DNA of 64,000 nucleotides from Octopus sinensis (lineage: Eukaryota). The position numbers and the translations under genes are program-made. The notes beneath the pieces are model-generated. The model was not told the DNA's origin, did not search any database, and saw only the letters and a program-made list of their open reading frames with translations. Every line of letters begins with the position of its first letter. Positions within the stretch are counted from its first letter, which is position 1. Shown one piece after another: positions 13,823 through 26,795 of the stretch. The DNA lies in contig NC_042997.1 in the NCBI RefSeq assembly GCF_006345805.1, forward strand, positions 145,948,001-146,012,000, given 5' to 3'.

Positions 13823-13882
13823 GCTACATACGCGTTTCGGGATTATAGTAATTACTTACTTATTTCACCTCACCAGTGCAGC
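13823..13882 (-). ncRNA. Type I hammerhead-like motif (A6G)
   Basis: Minus strand: GCTGCA-CTGGTGA-GG...CCC-GAAAC-GC-GTA-TGTAGC. 6-bp helix I with one G.U pair, palindromic ACGCGT. Confidence 0.6.
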
Positions 13883-14099
13883 ATTTCGAATATAAATTTG
13901 AGAGTGCTACAATTAAATATGTACGCGATCAAGCGTCATCGCATAACTGATATTTAACCGGCACTTCCAAAAATATACAGCCGAATGGGAACACGCATTT
14001 ATCCTCAAAGCCAACGTATGTTAGAGTAATCTTGCAGAAACTGCAGTTTTTCGATCAGGGAGTAAATTATGTTTAGTTAGTTAGTTAGTTAATTTGGCT

Positions 14100-14408
14100 C
14101 AAAAGCAAATAGCAAGGCCATGTAGGGGGACATGGAGTTAAGTACAGGGTGGTGTTCATGTAAAGAGTTCAGGCCACTTGAGGTCCAGGGAGGCTTTGAA
14201 CAAAGCGGTCGTCGGCATCTTCACCATCTCGTCTGGCAGCTTGTTCCACGGATCCGCAACCCGGACGGAGAAAGCTCCTTTCCTTCGATTGAGATGAAAT
14301 CGTCGCAGGTAGAGCTTTTCGGAATGACACCGCAGCCGATGCTCTGGAGCAGGAGTGAAGAACAGCTCTTTCGAGAGGTTTCACTTTCCGCTTATGATGT
14401 TGTGGGCG
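14100..14408 (-). mobile_element. CR1-type LINE 3' end (5'-truncated)
   Basis: Minus strand RLRCHSEKLYLRRFHLNRRKGAFSVRVADPWNKLPDEMVKMPTTALFKASLDLKWPELFT* matches the CR1 ORF2 C-terminus (RGHxxKL...FFSxRV...WNxLP...FKxxLD). A (TAAC)n tail lies at about 14074-14092. Confidence 0.85.
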
Positions 14409-14582
14409 AGAATGAGATTTTAATAATAATAATAGGGTAAAAATTAATTAATTAATTTTACCCTTTTATTATACATATATATGGAGTTTTAATGCAGGTG
14501 TTATTCATATTCTTTATACATATCCATCACATTCTGTCAAAATGTCTTATTGATGAGTTTGGTTTCTTTCTTTCTTTTTTTC

Positions 14583-14669
14583 TTTCCCTGATGAGAAGAT
14601 TACATTGCTTTATACCATTTTATTCCTTTGGAATAATTCGAATATTGTTTTCGAAACATACGTCGGAAG
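14583..14669 (+). ncRNA. Type I hammerhead ribozyme motif, canonical core, GUC site
   Basis: TTTCC-CTGATGA-GAAGAT[46 nt]GTTTTC-GAAAC-ATAC-GTC-GGAAG. 5-bp helix I, 6-bp helix II with G10.1-C11.1. Confidence 0.78.
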
Positions 14670-14869
14670 TAAAAGAATTTGAATAACACCTGCGTTTAAC
14701 TCCATTTATTTATTTATATATATTACACAAATTATTTCACACCAGCCCGGATTTTCTACCTTTACAAACAGGGTGTTACGTCCTTATTACTTGTGCGAGT
14801 TTTGCTGCCCTGGTAACTGTTTATTTATTTTTTCCGTGTTAATTGTAAACAAAGGGAAGATTCACACAT

Positions 14870-14905
<36 letters not shown>

Positions 14906-14907
<2 letters not shown>

Positions 14908-14965
14908 TATAGAAGGAGCTTCTACAGGACTAGAACTCTAGTCCTGTAGAAGCTCCTTCTATAAA
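14906..14965. repeat. Perfect palindrome, 29-bp arms, 2-nt spacer
   Basis: tttatagaaggagcttctacaggactaga-ac-tctagtcctgtagaagctccttctataaa. Confidence 0.95.
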
Positions 14966-15055
14966 ATAAATTACTTTACTCTGCAATGTATTGAGTACCT
15001 TATTTACTGTGGTTAACCCCGACTCAACCCGGGACCTACATATATATATATATAT

Positions 15056-15138
<83 letters not shown>

Positions 15139-15816
15139 TATGTATATGTATGCATGTGTGCGTGCGCATGCGTGTGTAAGCGCACCAGCACTTATTTATT
15201 GATTAAACAGACGTTTTTATATATAAATGATAAAAGGAGATACGTTAGATGAATTGATAATTTAAGCGGCGAGAGTTTGCTCAAAATAAAAACGATATTT
15301 GTATAAGTTACTTGCAATGTTTGCAGGTGCTGCAGTTGTTTATATATTATATATGCCAGAATAAATGCATGCAATTAAAAATTGAAAAGATAGTAACACT
15401 GACAGCGTATTAATATACAATACACTGACACTACATCAACAATATATAATTTTAGTTTATTACGAATGTTGTAATATGGAATTTTGTCACATGAAATAAT
15501 GTTACGTGAATGTTATAATATGAAATTAAGTTTGATTTATATCATAGGTTTTCTGTCTGATTTTTGTTCTTTGGTTTCAGTGATTTGTTTTCAGCCAGGA
15601 TGGGGGACGCTGCTTTCACCATTCGCATTCATCGTAATACAATTCAGTTATTACTTTTGTTTGTTGATCATTATATCGATTTGCATTCATTGAACTACGA
15701 AGTCAAGATTTTGATTTAAACGCGTCCAGTTCAAATCACAGAACACTTAAACAAGCGCATATAGAGCGCAAAAATTCGAAGTCACAATAGTTTATTAATT
15801 TAGATTAATTTATTAG

Positions 15817-16030
15817 GAGTGATTGAGTGGTTAAGAAGCTTGACTTGCAGTTATGTGCTTCCGGTACCTTGGCTAAGCATCTTCTTATGTCTTCTACTAT
15901 TGTCCTGGATCGACGAATGTCTTGTGAGTGAATTTGGTTGATGGAAAGTTTGTGGAAGTTTGTTTTATACATGTATATATGAATGCTTGTGTTTTTTGTG
16001 TTCGTGTTTATTTTCTCCACCGCCGGACAT
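15817..16030 (+). mobile_element. Decayed SINE family B
   Basis: gagtgattgagtggttaagaagcttg...tgtcttctactattgtcctggatcgac...cttgtgagtgaatttggttgatggaaa. Confidence 0.65.
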
Positions 16031-16061
16031 CCGCGTAAGATATCAGTACGGTAAGTAGCAG

Positions 16062-16144
<83 letters not shown>

Positions 16145-16149
16145 GTTAT

Positions 16150-16345
16150 TCATTCTCGAGCCATGCTTGGCTCATAAGGGCCGGTTTCTCGGTTTCGTTG
16201 ATGTATAGGGTTCCCAACCTGGACGGGACGCGTGGAGCTTTCGGGTTTCGCTTATAAACACACACATCGCACGGTATGAGATTCGAACCCGCGATCCCTC
16301 GACCGCGAGTCCTCTGCTCTAACCACTAGTCCATATTCCTCCACA
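16150..16345 (-). mobile_element. tRNA-derived SINE (family C-related, internally deleted)
   Basis: Minus-strand head tggactagtggttagagcagaggactcgcggtcgagggatcgcgggttcgaatc has A and B boxes but no acceptor stem, so it is not a tRNA gene. Confidence 0.75.
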
Positions 16346-16876
16346 CACACAGACACACACACAGACACACAGGCACACACACACACACACATTTAAAAGG
16401 AGAAACACACCTTAGCTATTCTTAACTGACTTTTATATGTGTTAATCCCCACAACCACTTAGACCCTCTGAAGAAGCCTAGGGGCACATCTACTATCCAA
16501 GTCTTGTCTGCTCATCCCTGCATAACACTGAAGAGATGGAGATAACCTGGAAGACTTCGTTGCCTCTTGGCAGAAATAGCCCTAAGGAACTAGTTCCTGC
16601 ACACCCATTTAGTATTTTACCAGTTTGCTCATTTGCTCAATTGCTAATTTGTTTCTATATGCTTATATGTATTCACACCCTTGTTTATGCAGCTACCAGC
16701 TTTTTCCACTCGCTAATCTGTACCACTCATACATGTGTGTGTATTCATCCAATACATTTGAATAAATAGACACATTGGAATGTTTACCGGCTGATGTCTG
16801 TCGATTTTATATCCTCTCCGTTTTCTTATTTGCTATCACCACCTGTCTTCGTCTTTTGATTTTTTTCGTAAACTCT

Positions 16877-16927
<51 letters not shown>

Positions 16928-17329
16928 ATATATGGGGTTCGATTTATTCGAATAAACCCTTCAACATGTTGCCCCAGTATGACTGCAATCCAACAACGGA
17001 TACAAGTACATGCGACAATATTCCTCAATCATTTATCTCCCTTGGATTGATGCATCACGTCATTTATCAAATTACTGCCACACAAAATATGCACATCTTC
17101 CATCAAAATATATATAAAAGTTAAACAATTTTATCATAAAGGTTTTTGTACAAAAGAAACTTGAATAATGAAAAAATATCAAAACAAGCGCAGGTATATC
17201 TATCGGGGAAATATAATAATGGAATTAAGTAAAAAAAATATACGAAAATGTAAAACAATTTTATATAACTTTTCACTCTTCTCATAAGATCAAGGAGAAA
17301 GACCAGAAGCATTAACAGTGGGAATTCTG

Positions 17330-18245
17330 CTGATTCATTGAGTCAAGTAATCAATTTATTTATTAGAATAGCTGTTGATGACAACCCTATCCTCATGTCA
17401 TCATTTTCTTGTCTGTAACTTAATTGTAACAAATGTTACAAAAACCTGGTTTATATAGATATGTGGAGACAAAAGGAACAAGTCTTTGAAAGCTTGCTGA
17501 ATAAAGGAAGTAGGAATGGATCTATGAGTTTCATTCAAAAATAAGCACAAACTGAACAAAAAAATAGTCGAGGACGGAAGAGCCTTCGGCTCCTTTTTTG
17601 CTGGTTAGTCATTCTTCACTTTTGACAGATCAATGGTAAAATGTCTCAGTATCTGTCTTTCTGTAGGTATAATGTATTCCAGAATGTAATGTTTCAAAAT
17701 GTTTAAATATGTTGCACGTGAGAACCACTGCGTATGACTCAATAGAATTGGCTACTCAGAGCCTATTTTATCGTGAATAACTGTGTGTGAACAAGCGGTG
17801 ATGAATGATTATTGCACAGATGAAATTAACAGCCTCAATAACTGCCTACAAAACCATTTCAAATTTTCAGGAAGATATTTTAGAGATAATGCATATCTGT
17901 GGAGAAACAATGCGTTATCACATGACATGTTTGTTTTTCATAACTGCAATGCTGTCTAATCTAACAACAATTATAGTTAAGGCTCCATTAGTAAAAGTTA
18001 AACAAACTATACTACGGAGACCGTTACTCTCAGAGAAGATTTCTGATTTCTGCATTACATCAAGATCCTTTGTGCCTTGATGCAGTTTCACAGAAGAGCA
18101 AATCATATTTCACTTCGCTTCGACTTGATAAAAGCTAGGAATTAACAACTTCGCAAGATTCATCAATTTGCACAGAATTGTTTGTTCAGTTCAACTAAAT
18201 TACAACAGTTCAATAACTTCTCTTAATTATATCTTGATGGTTGAA
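17330..18245 (-). mobile_element. hAT (Charlie-like) transposase relic
   Basis: Minus strand: VQIDES, VITHCFLHRYALSLKYLPENLK (CxxH motif), LLSHTQWFSRA (cf. HTEVRWLSRG), FVSTYLYKPGF (cf. STYLCExGFS) and DDMRIGLS. Many stops. Confidence 0.75.
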
Positions 18246-19189
18246 GCAATGCCCGAATGAATAGTGTCATAAGATAGGTATATGAATTAATTCTTCTACT
18301 TCACTCTTTCCCTCACATATATGTTCCACTTTGCCGTTCACACAATGCTTAATGAACCTTTCCACAATGTCATAAAGTGTTATTTTGTCTTTGCTATTTA
18401 TTGTGTTATGTGATAAGAAGCCGCAAGCATTCGTTTATCATTAGATATGAATTTTCGAGTTTAATATATTCACCAATATTCAGATATAATATATTCTCCT
18501 TCAGTCATGTGAACTTTTACTCTAGGAATAAATTTACTCCTGTTTGTGAGTCACTCACAGAGAAATATTTATATTTACCATTCTTTATCATTTATATCTA
18601 TCGTCCTTTGTACAATCAGTGGAGATCAAATTCCACCCACCAAATCGTTGATTCATCAATTAGCGATGTTACTGAATTGAGAAAAAAACACAACTATACA
18701 AATATTGTACCCTTGAACATACTTAAATATGTAGAATATTCAGCCTTAAAGACAGTGCTCCACCAAGGCCTTTTCGATGATGAATAAAGTAAACTAAAGA
18801 AACCAAAAAAGAGATGAAAGAATATTAAGTACAAAGATATACTCAGGTGTATAGGAAACGTGATCAAAGGTATACAAAACGTGAGCAAGGGTTCAGCCTC
18901 CTAATTTTCAGGGAGAGTGTATGGAGGAACTCATTTACTAGTGCTCTTTTTATGGCAATAGTGTTTGATTTTAGAGAGATTTGCTGCCATTTCGAAAAGC
19001 TCGATGCAACCGCTTAGAGGCCCTCATGTCGGTTCGCTTATAATAAAGTATATAACACATCAGAGCGGCCATCATTTTTTTCTTTCGTTTTTGACTTCAA
19101 TACTAACTTTCTTCTACTTAAAGAAATCTATATTATTGTCGACTGTGCCAGATTATGTGGAAGTATTGATTTCTAACAGATGAACAAAG

Positions 19190-19300
19190 CCTCAACTTTG
19201 TAGGGAAGATGTGGTCGATTATATCGACCCCAGTAGTTATTGTATTGACCCCAGAAAGATGAAGGACAAAAATCGATTTCGGCGGGATTTGAACTCAGAA
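19190..19300 (-). mobile_element. SINE family A, partial
   Basis: gtcgattatatcgaccccag...gatttcggcgggatttgaactcagaa. Confidence 0.7.
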
Positions 19301-19540
19301 AATAAATGTCCTGTAACTTTATACCACAAGGCATATTGTCTGACCTGGAGCCAAGCAAAAACTACATCTGCAGAAGCATTAATAACCGTGTTTAGATCGG
19401 CTCCACTAAAGAACTAAGTAATGTAATAATAGAAATACTTCGTTTGCAATTTCAATAAAATAACACTGTTTGGTTTGAAATTGCAAATTACAGTGCGAAA
19501 ACAATGTTCTGCCGCTGAAATTAAAAACATGCCAGTATTT

Positions 19541-19780
19541 AAGGCGGTGAGCTGGCAGAAACATTAGCACGCCGGGCGAAATGCTTAGCAGTATTTCGTC
19601 TGCCGCTACGTTCTGAGTTCAAATTCCGTCGAGGTCGACTTTGCCTTTCATCCTTTCAGGGTCGATTAAATAAATACCAGTTACGCACTGAGGTCGATAT
19701 ACTCGATTTAATCCGTTTGTCTGTCCTTGTTTGTCCCCTCTATGTTTAGCCCTTTGTGGGTAATAAAGAAATAAGTATTT
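19541..19780 (+). mobile_element. SINE family A, full length (gtgggtaataaagaaata tail type)
   Basis: aaggcggtgagctggcagaaacattagcacgccgggcgaaatg...gagttcaaattcc...gtgggtaataaagaaata. Confidence 0.9.
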
Positions 19781-19929
19781 AAACGAGTAGATGAAACTTC
19801 GTCGATATCGACGATGAGCATTCAGTTTTTTTCGAACAACTGAAATCCTACTCGTGGAAATAACATGTATACAGCTGAGTATTCCACACATATATGTAAA
19901 AATTAAGTAAAATTCCTTCCCAAGTCATA

Positions 19930-20147
19930 GACTCATAGGATCGGTTTCCCGGTTTCCGTGGCATATATATTCCCCGTCCAGATATATGACGCCGGTCCGT
20001 CCGTCGCAGGATTACTCAATTTTGCTGGCTGAGTGGACTGGAGCAACGTGAAATGAAGTGTTTTGCTCAATAACACAACGTGTCGCCCGGTCCAGGAATC
20101 GAAACCACAATCTTACGCCACAAACCACTAAGCCACGTGCTTCCACT
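19930..20147 (-). mobile_element. SINE family C-related
   Basis: Minus-strand head gtggaagcacgtggcttagtggtt...gtttcgattcctggaccggg, then gttattgagcaaaacacttcatttcacg. Confidence 0.75.
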
Positions 20148-23100
20148 TCAAGCACGTAAACCCTTAATATAATTTTTAAGAAGGATTGATGTGTCACAAT
20201 ATGAAAGAACTGCATCTTTCAATTACAAGAAGCATCCGAAGAAAGCCAACGAAGAATTATCCCAATACTGGATTGGTATTTATGGACAGGGTAAAAGGCA
20301 TAAATGACTTCGGCTAGGTTCGAACCCAGACTGCAGAGACCGTAAAGAATACAAAATATTCTATCTGATACTGTAATGAATTCTTTCTTTTTCTTTTCTT
20401 TTCTTTTTTGATAAGCGTATGATGTTGAACTCGCCGTTGTTTATTTAAAAGATTATTAGCTTGGGAAGTAATTATAAAACTTAGTTGTAGACTATGTTAG
20501 TTAGTTATGGGAGCCCTGTATAATTAAAAAATACTCAAGTGGCTGTAACCGATATTGAATATTTTCTGTACAGTCGAAAAATTGTGAAAGCAAAGAAAAT
20601 TCAAGTTGTTTTCATAAAGATAATTAAGTCTGCCGCCCGTGCTACGCTGTGTAGTTTCTTTCAAAATTTACCAAAGCTAATTGCAATAAAAATATTTAAA
20701 AATCTAATTCTTTATAAGCATTATTTTGAGACAAGAAACTAAAATATTTCTCTAAAATATTTTAAATATTACTTGACCACCTTTCTACTTACCAAACGGA
20801 AAAAAAGAAAGAAGGAAAGAAAGAAAGAATTTAGTAATACTCGCTCAGTGTCTTATATTTCTATTTTCTTCATTTTACAATAATTTGTATTAGTGTGAAT
20901 TATTAGCTGTCTCTGAGAAATATTTAATAACCTCTGAAAACTTTTGTTACCTCGAAGGGAAAACTTGAAAAGGAATTTTGACAGATAATTTATTCACGTC
21001 AGACATTGATAATTATTGACTTGCAGAATACTCCGTGTTGCTCAGACTGAAAAATGACTATACAAGTTGTTTTCATATTGCCTAGAATTGCTTTGAATGA
21101 AGATGTATTGTAATAGAAAACATTATGATAGCACTACTTGTGGATATATTATATTTTTGATTTCACCTGCCATGTTACAACAAAGAAGACTGTTAGATCT
21201 AGCTGTACGCAAAGCAAAATTTCTTAAACTGCGGTCCACAAACTATCAAAAGTTTCCAACAGGGTTTACTGATTGACATAATGAACCTAAATTTGCATGA
21301 GAAATTAAAGTATTCTAAATAGACTGGGCACATGTGTTGGTGTGTGTAAAATTGTGAGCATAACTTCTTTTTGTGCATTCAGTGAGAATTTTCATCTCGA
21401 TGACATATGGCTGAAGTTTCTAAACTGGATTAATGCAGCTATAAGTTGATTCAGGAATCAGGCTAATTTGCTATTGTAGGTTGAAAATTAAGAAGTCGAA
21501 GAAAATTCATAGAATCAAACGTAAAGCACGTTGAAATGCAGAAATGATTAAATTAAGTATTTTTATTCTAAAATTTGAGTTTTCATGAAAGTACAATGAG
21601 AAAGTAATGGCTGTGCCGAGATCTGGGGCAGAAAGAAAAGCATTATAAAGAGAGGTGGATTAGATAGATTAAATAGACAGGAGAGAGTTTGATAGTGAGG
21701 GAGAGAAAGAGACAAGAGAAATTGATGGTAGTCACCAACCAAGCGAGGTAGGTAATCAGGCAAACAGATAAATGACCATAGAGATGACTAGAAGAAAGAG
21801 TGATAGAAGAATAGGTAATAGGTAAGATGAGAAACGCCAAAGCTATATATTGCTAGAAAGTGAGGAAGCGGGTTGGAGAAATTTGTTCACGATAAGGAAC
21901 TCCAGGACGAAAACGGATCCAAGCTTCAAGCAGAAAATTTAGAATTCCTGAAAGGAAATGGAAAAATACCGTCGATTTCGATGGGTACTTTGCTGCATGT
22001 ATGTATGTATGTATGTATGTATGTATGTATATACAAACATTGTCACACGCCCACACACAAACACAAATACATATACATCTATATACGTATGTATGCATGC
22101 TGTATGTATGTATATCATGGAGATAGCGATCGGAATAAAAACACCAATCGTATGTTTATTGAACATATATCGTTCTGTTTTCTTGTATTTTTGAATTTGT
22201 TAAATTTTCTACATCACAAATTATATCCTTATCTTCCCCCATATTTATATCTATTTTAAATACCGCTATGTTTTATCTAACCTAAGAAATCGTAGAAATA
22301 AGCAAAGCCATATTTAACGTCTATTAGTATCAATAAATATGTTCTAAATACTATAATAGCGCACCGATGAGAGAAACAACAATACGAAACTTAAAGTACA
22401 AATTCAGTGCAAAAAAAAAAAGAAAAAAAATAGAGTTTAATATTCCATATTGTGGAAAGGAAATGTAATACTGCAAAAACAAAACCAAAACAGAAGTCTC
22501 ATAAATCGGAAAGGAAAATGAAGACATTCTTACACATTCACTTTTCCACCACTTCCTCTTTCTTATATTTCTCTGTTTGTTTCGCTTCATTCTCTCTCAC
22601 ACTCTCACTCTTTCTCATTCATAGACGTTTGCGCACATATTACTCTCTGTGTATTATAAGCGCACTTACTAAGCAAGTATTCACATTCACCAATGCACTT
22701 TCATAGTCAAACACATTGAAACATCTATACATTCGTTGAGGCACCTTCACAAGCACACATGCACACGCAATCAATAAACAGACATTACTTCAAAGAGAAA
22801 ATCAAACAAAAATAGAATAAAAGCTATCTTACAAGAATAATGATCTTGCACGAATAAGAAAAAAAGAAAGAAAAAGAAGAAAGAATGCGGGATAAGGTTG
22901 GATGTGGGGAGTGTTTCAAGATATAAGAATATTTTCGGGACACAAAGCTAAGTAAATATAAACACTTAGACATTAATAGGTCTGGTATATGACAAATGGA
23001 TTTTATTGAAAGATAAATGCTATAGAACATAAAAATATCAGACATAAAACTAATTTGGAGAGAAGTATTCTGTGTTACATTACGAAGAGTGAACGTTGCC

Positions 23101-23669
23101 TGCAGAAACTTATTCCAGTATATCTATGCATAGATAGTTTCACAAAGGAGTTAGTTTAGAAGCTCAGTTGACATTTGCCAGAGGTTGCATAAAACACAAT
23201 CGTGAAATTATGATAATCATTCCATCTATTTCATATTGACACACTGACATAAATAAATAGAAACTAGCATAATTAGTTAACTAGTTATTTAGACTATAGA
23301 TCAGAATGAGAAGGCAGGAATTTCTCCGAGTCAAGACCGCCATTCAAAGTCTCATTACCGGTCAGCGTTTGATGTTGCAGGTAATAGCTTTAACTCATAA
23401 ATGATCCAGCTTACTTAGCTATAAATATGTGTGATAATATACGTTAGGTTAACATGCCTGCTGCTACAAACAGTGGGAACGCTGTATAGTTAACGACTGC
23501 TTCATTTATTGTAGTGAGTAGTTCAAAGCATTACCTTGTATATAAAGGGTCCCTGCTCGTTTCATTGCCCTAGATAAAGATAGAATCTTGTGAATTGATG
23601 GATTATGAGCGTTCATATTACGCATTAGGTGGTTATTTATGATGACAGAATACACATATATATACAATA

Positions 23670-23884
23670 TTGGTTTCTAATTTTGGCACAAGGCCAGTAA
23701 TTTTAGGGAAGGGCTAAGTCGATTAGATCAACTCCAGTGCTCAACTAGCACTTATTTTATCGATTCTGAAAGGATGAAATGCATAGTCGACCCCGGCGGA
23801 TTTCGAACAAAGAACGCAAAGACGGCCAAAATGCCGCTAAGCATTTTGCCCGGCTTGCTAACAATTCAGCTAGCTCGCCGCCTT
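23670..23884 (-). mobile_element. SINE family A (first of three adjacent copies)
   Basis: ggcacaaggcc tail through gctagctcgccgcctt head. Confidence 0.85.
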
Positions 23885-23897
23885 ATATATATAAAAT

Positions 23898-24112
23898 ACT
23901 GGATTCAAATTTTGGCACAAGGTCAGCAGTTTCGACGGAGGGGGTAAGTCGGTTACATTGACCCCACTGATTAACTGGTATTTATTTTATCGATCTCGAG
24001 AGGATGATAGATAAAGTCGACCCTAGTGGAATTTGAACTCCGAAAATAAAGACGAGCAAAATGCCGCTAATCATTGTGCCCGGCGTACTAACCATTCAGC
24101 CAGCTTGTCGCT
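23898..24112 (-). mobile_element. SINE family A (second adjacent copy)
   Basis: ggcacaaggtc tail through cagcttgtcgc head. Confidence 0.8.
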
Positions 24113-24134
24113 ATAAACGTATATAAAAGTCTCT

Positions 24135-24331
24135 TTTTTATTCTAGGCACAAGGCCCGAAATTTTTGGGGGAGGGAGCCAGTCAATTAGATCAACTCCAG
24201 TACGCAACCTCTCGACCCCGAAAGGATGAAAGGCAAAGTCAACCTCAGCGCAATTTGAACTCAGAACATAGCGACAGGTGAAATAAGTATTTCGCCCAGT
24301 GTGTTAATATTTCTGCCAGCTCGCCGCCTTA
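24135..24331 (-). mobile_element. SINE family A (third adjacent copy)
   Basis: ggcacaaggcccgaaattt tail through gccagctcgccgcctt head. Confidence 0.85.
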
Positions 24332-24609
24332 CATATTAATAATATTAAGACCTTGTTGATTTATTATAGATCTGAGGAAAAGAGGCACAGTGGATGTGAT
24401 TTTGGGAGGTAGGTTTCTTATAATCTGATTTTAGAATCCCTATTTCTGGACAAATAGGCAGGTTGAAACCTAAAAAAACACGTAGAAGATTTTTACTGCA
24501 AGAAATAGAAACCTAACATTTAAAATCGGAATGAGATGGTTGGGTGCGGCCTTTTGGAAGTTTGCGAATTGAAACTGCTTTGGCGAGAGTAATTTTGGGA
24601 CTGAGGCCC

Positions 24610-24654
<45 letters not shown>

Positions 24655-24897
24655 ACACAAACACAGACACACGCACACACGCATACGCATGAACACGCAG
24701 AAATATAAATGGTGCTCCAGCATGGCCATGGCTCGTGCGCTGAAACTAGATAAAATAAAATAAAATGAAAATAAAATACATCGTGTGAATGAGTGAGATG
24801 GAGAGGCAATAAAATTTATCAACTGAACACGATTGACGTAAACATCTTTCCTCTCCTCAACAGAGAATTTCAGCCTGGGAATATATATATATATAGT

Positions 24898-24973
<76 letters not shown>

Positions 24974-25344
24974 TCAGAGAACTTGAGACATATTAGGTCT
25001 GTCGTCAAATAAGTCAGCGTCGAATGGGAGACGTGAAACTGGTGATGGTCTAAAAGCTCGAAATATAAGGTCTGAAACGAATTTCAAATTTTAGAGCGAC
25101 AAAGGTGATTCACGATATTTTGATCGGTATTTTACAACAGAAATATCATTATAAAAAAACCTTAATGCGATAGCTCACACTTGACAGTGACTTCTTGAAA
25201 ACAACGCAAATTTTAAAGCATGTTCAAAGATTTGTAATGATAGCGCTCAATTATAACAGATTGTGGACGTGCGTGCGTGTATGTGCGTGTCAATGTATTT
25301 CTCTCTCTCTCCTACTACTTGGAAACCGGTGTTGGTTTGTTTAC

Positions 25345-25650
25345 TAAGTAATACTAACTTGGCTGGTTGCTGCATGATGCTGTGATATTTTCATCCACCC
25401 AAACACTTAACACGTTCTCCATATCTCGGGAGATTTTACTGCATGTTAGTTTAGAAGCATTATATCCACTTGAATTTTGCATGGCAACTTTTAATTTGAC
25501 AGATTTAATCTTTGGTTTCTTTGGTTTCTTTTTGTTTTGAGAGTTCAAGTTCCGATGATTTTGCATCAATACTTTCCTTTTCTCCTACTTTTACTCTTTT
25601 ACTAATCCTTAACATGATGTTTAATGATACTGCTTACGCATACGTGGCAT
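25345..25650 (-). mobile_element. Tigger/pogo-like transposase N-terminal relic
   Basis: Minus strand KIKSVKLKVAMQNSSGYNASKLTCSKISRDMENVLSVWVDEN resembles the CENP-B-type HTH segment (MExxLxxWIED). Confidence 0.5.
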
Positions 25651-25994
25651 AATTGGTTAACAAGGAGACTGAAGTAACAGGGAAATTTTTGAGCTTTAAT
25701 TAATTATGAAATCGCTATACAAGAGGTACGATGTGGAAACCTTTCAGAAAGCAAAAAACAAGGAGTACATGATTGATTGGGTCCTTTTATGCGTCCTAAT
25801 AAAGCAAAGAAATGAGAATCTTCAAATTTAAGCGAGAAATGTCTGGAACGGAATGACACTGAGATTCGTGTTGTGGCTTTTTATTTTCGTGATTTTGACA
25901 GTTAAATTATTGAAACCTTAAACTGCGTCATAACTAGGAGTCATAGGAAACATAAAACGAATAGTAAATGTATACTTGTATATATATTTCATGT

Positions 25995-26052
<58 letters not shown>

Positions 26053-26055
<3 letters not shown>

Positions 26056-26225
26056 CGCGGTGATTTGGTGGAATTGTTAGCACTCCCGGAAAAATACTTA
26101 GCAGTATTTCATCTGTCTTTAAGCTTTGGAATCAAATTGCGCCGAGGTCGACTTTGTGTCTTATCTCTTTCGGGTACCTGATAAAATGAGTACCAGTTGA
26201 GCACTGGGGTCTATGTAATACACTT
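26053..26225 (+). mobile_element. SINE family A, decayed
   Basis: gcggtgatttggtggaattgttagcactcccgg...gccgaggtcgactttg. Confidence 0.75.
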
Positions 26226-26289
26226 AGGCCAGTGCTGTAGATTGCTGATTTTGTGCCAACATTTGAAGCCAATATATGTATATGCATAG

Positions 26290-26705
26290 GGCGGCGAGCT
26301 GCCAGAATCGCTAGCACGCCGGGCGAAATACTTAGCGGTATTTCGTCTGCCGTTATGTTCTGAGTTCAAATTCCGCCGAGGTCGACTTTGCTTTTCATCC
26401 TATCGAGGTCGATTAAATAAGTACCAGTTACGCACTGGGGTCGATATAATCGACTTAATCCGTTTGTCTGTGCTTGTTTGTCCTCTCTGTGTTTAGCTCC
26501 TTGTGGGTAGTAAAGAAATAGGTATTTCGTCTGCCGTTATGTTCTGAGTTCAAATTCCACCGAGGTCGACTTTGCCTTTTATCCATTCGGGGTCGATTAA
26601 TTAAGTACCAGTTACGCACTGGAGTCGATGTAATCGACTTAACCCCTTTGTCTGTCTTTGTTTGTCCCCTTTACGTTTAGCCTCCTGTGGGTAATAAATA
26701 AATAA
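26290..26705 (+). mobile_element. SINE family A tandem dimer (full copy plus head-truncated copy from 26521)
   Basis: The second unit starts at ggtatttcgtctgccgttatg, immediately after the aaagaaata tail of the first. Confidence 0.9.
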
Positions 26706-26795
26706 ATATGTGTGTATGCATGAGTGAATGTGTGTGTGTTTGAAAGCGCGCGCACAGGTGTGTATAAGTAAACTTAAAACGAAGAGTAAAGTGTA

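Noticed and set aside
14035-14052. GAAAC-TGCA-GTT palindromic half-motif; similar halves at 11931, 12209, 19795 and 51570
   Set aside because: No CUGANGA box with matching helix I upstream.
16290-16345. tRNA gene (also the heads at 1800-1860, 38260-38320 and 52421-52490)
   Set aside because: A/B boxes are present but no complete cloverleaf. They continue into SINE bodies.
16468-16590. Two ctgaaga-containing hammerhead remnants; also 42777 and 46748
   Set aside because: The GAAAC or GUH parts are missing or heavily mutated. They are counted only as possible remnants.
18250-18900. Second hAT transposase fragment (SLIDEST)
   Set aside because: A single short motif, with the remainder too degraded to call.
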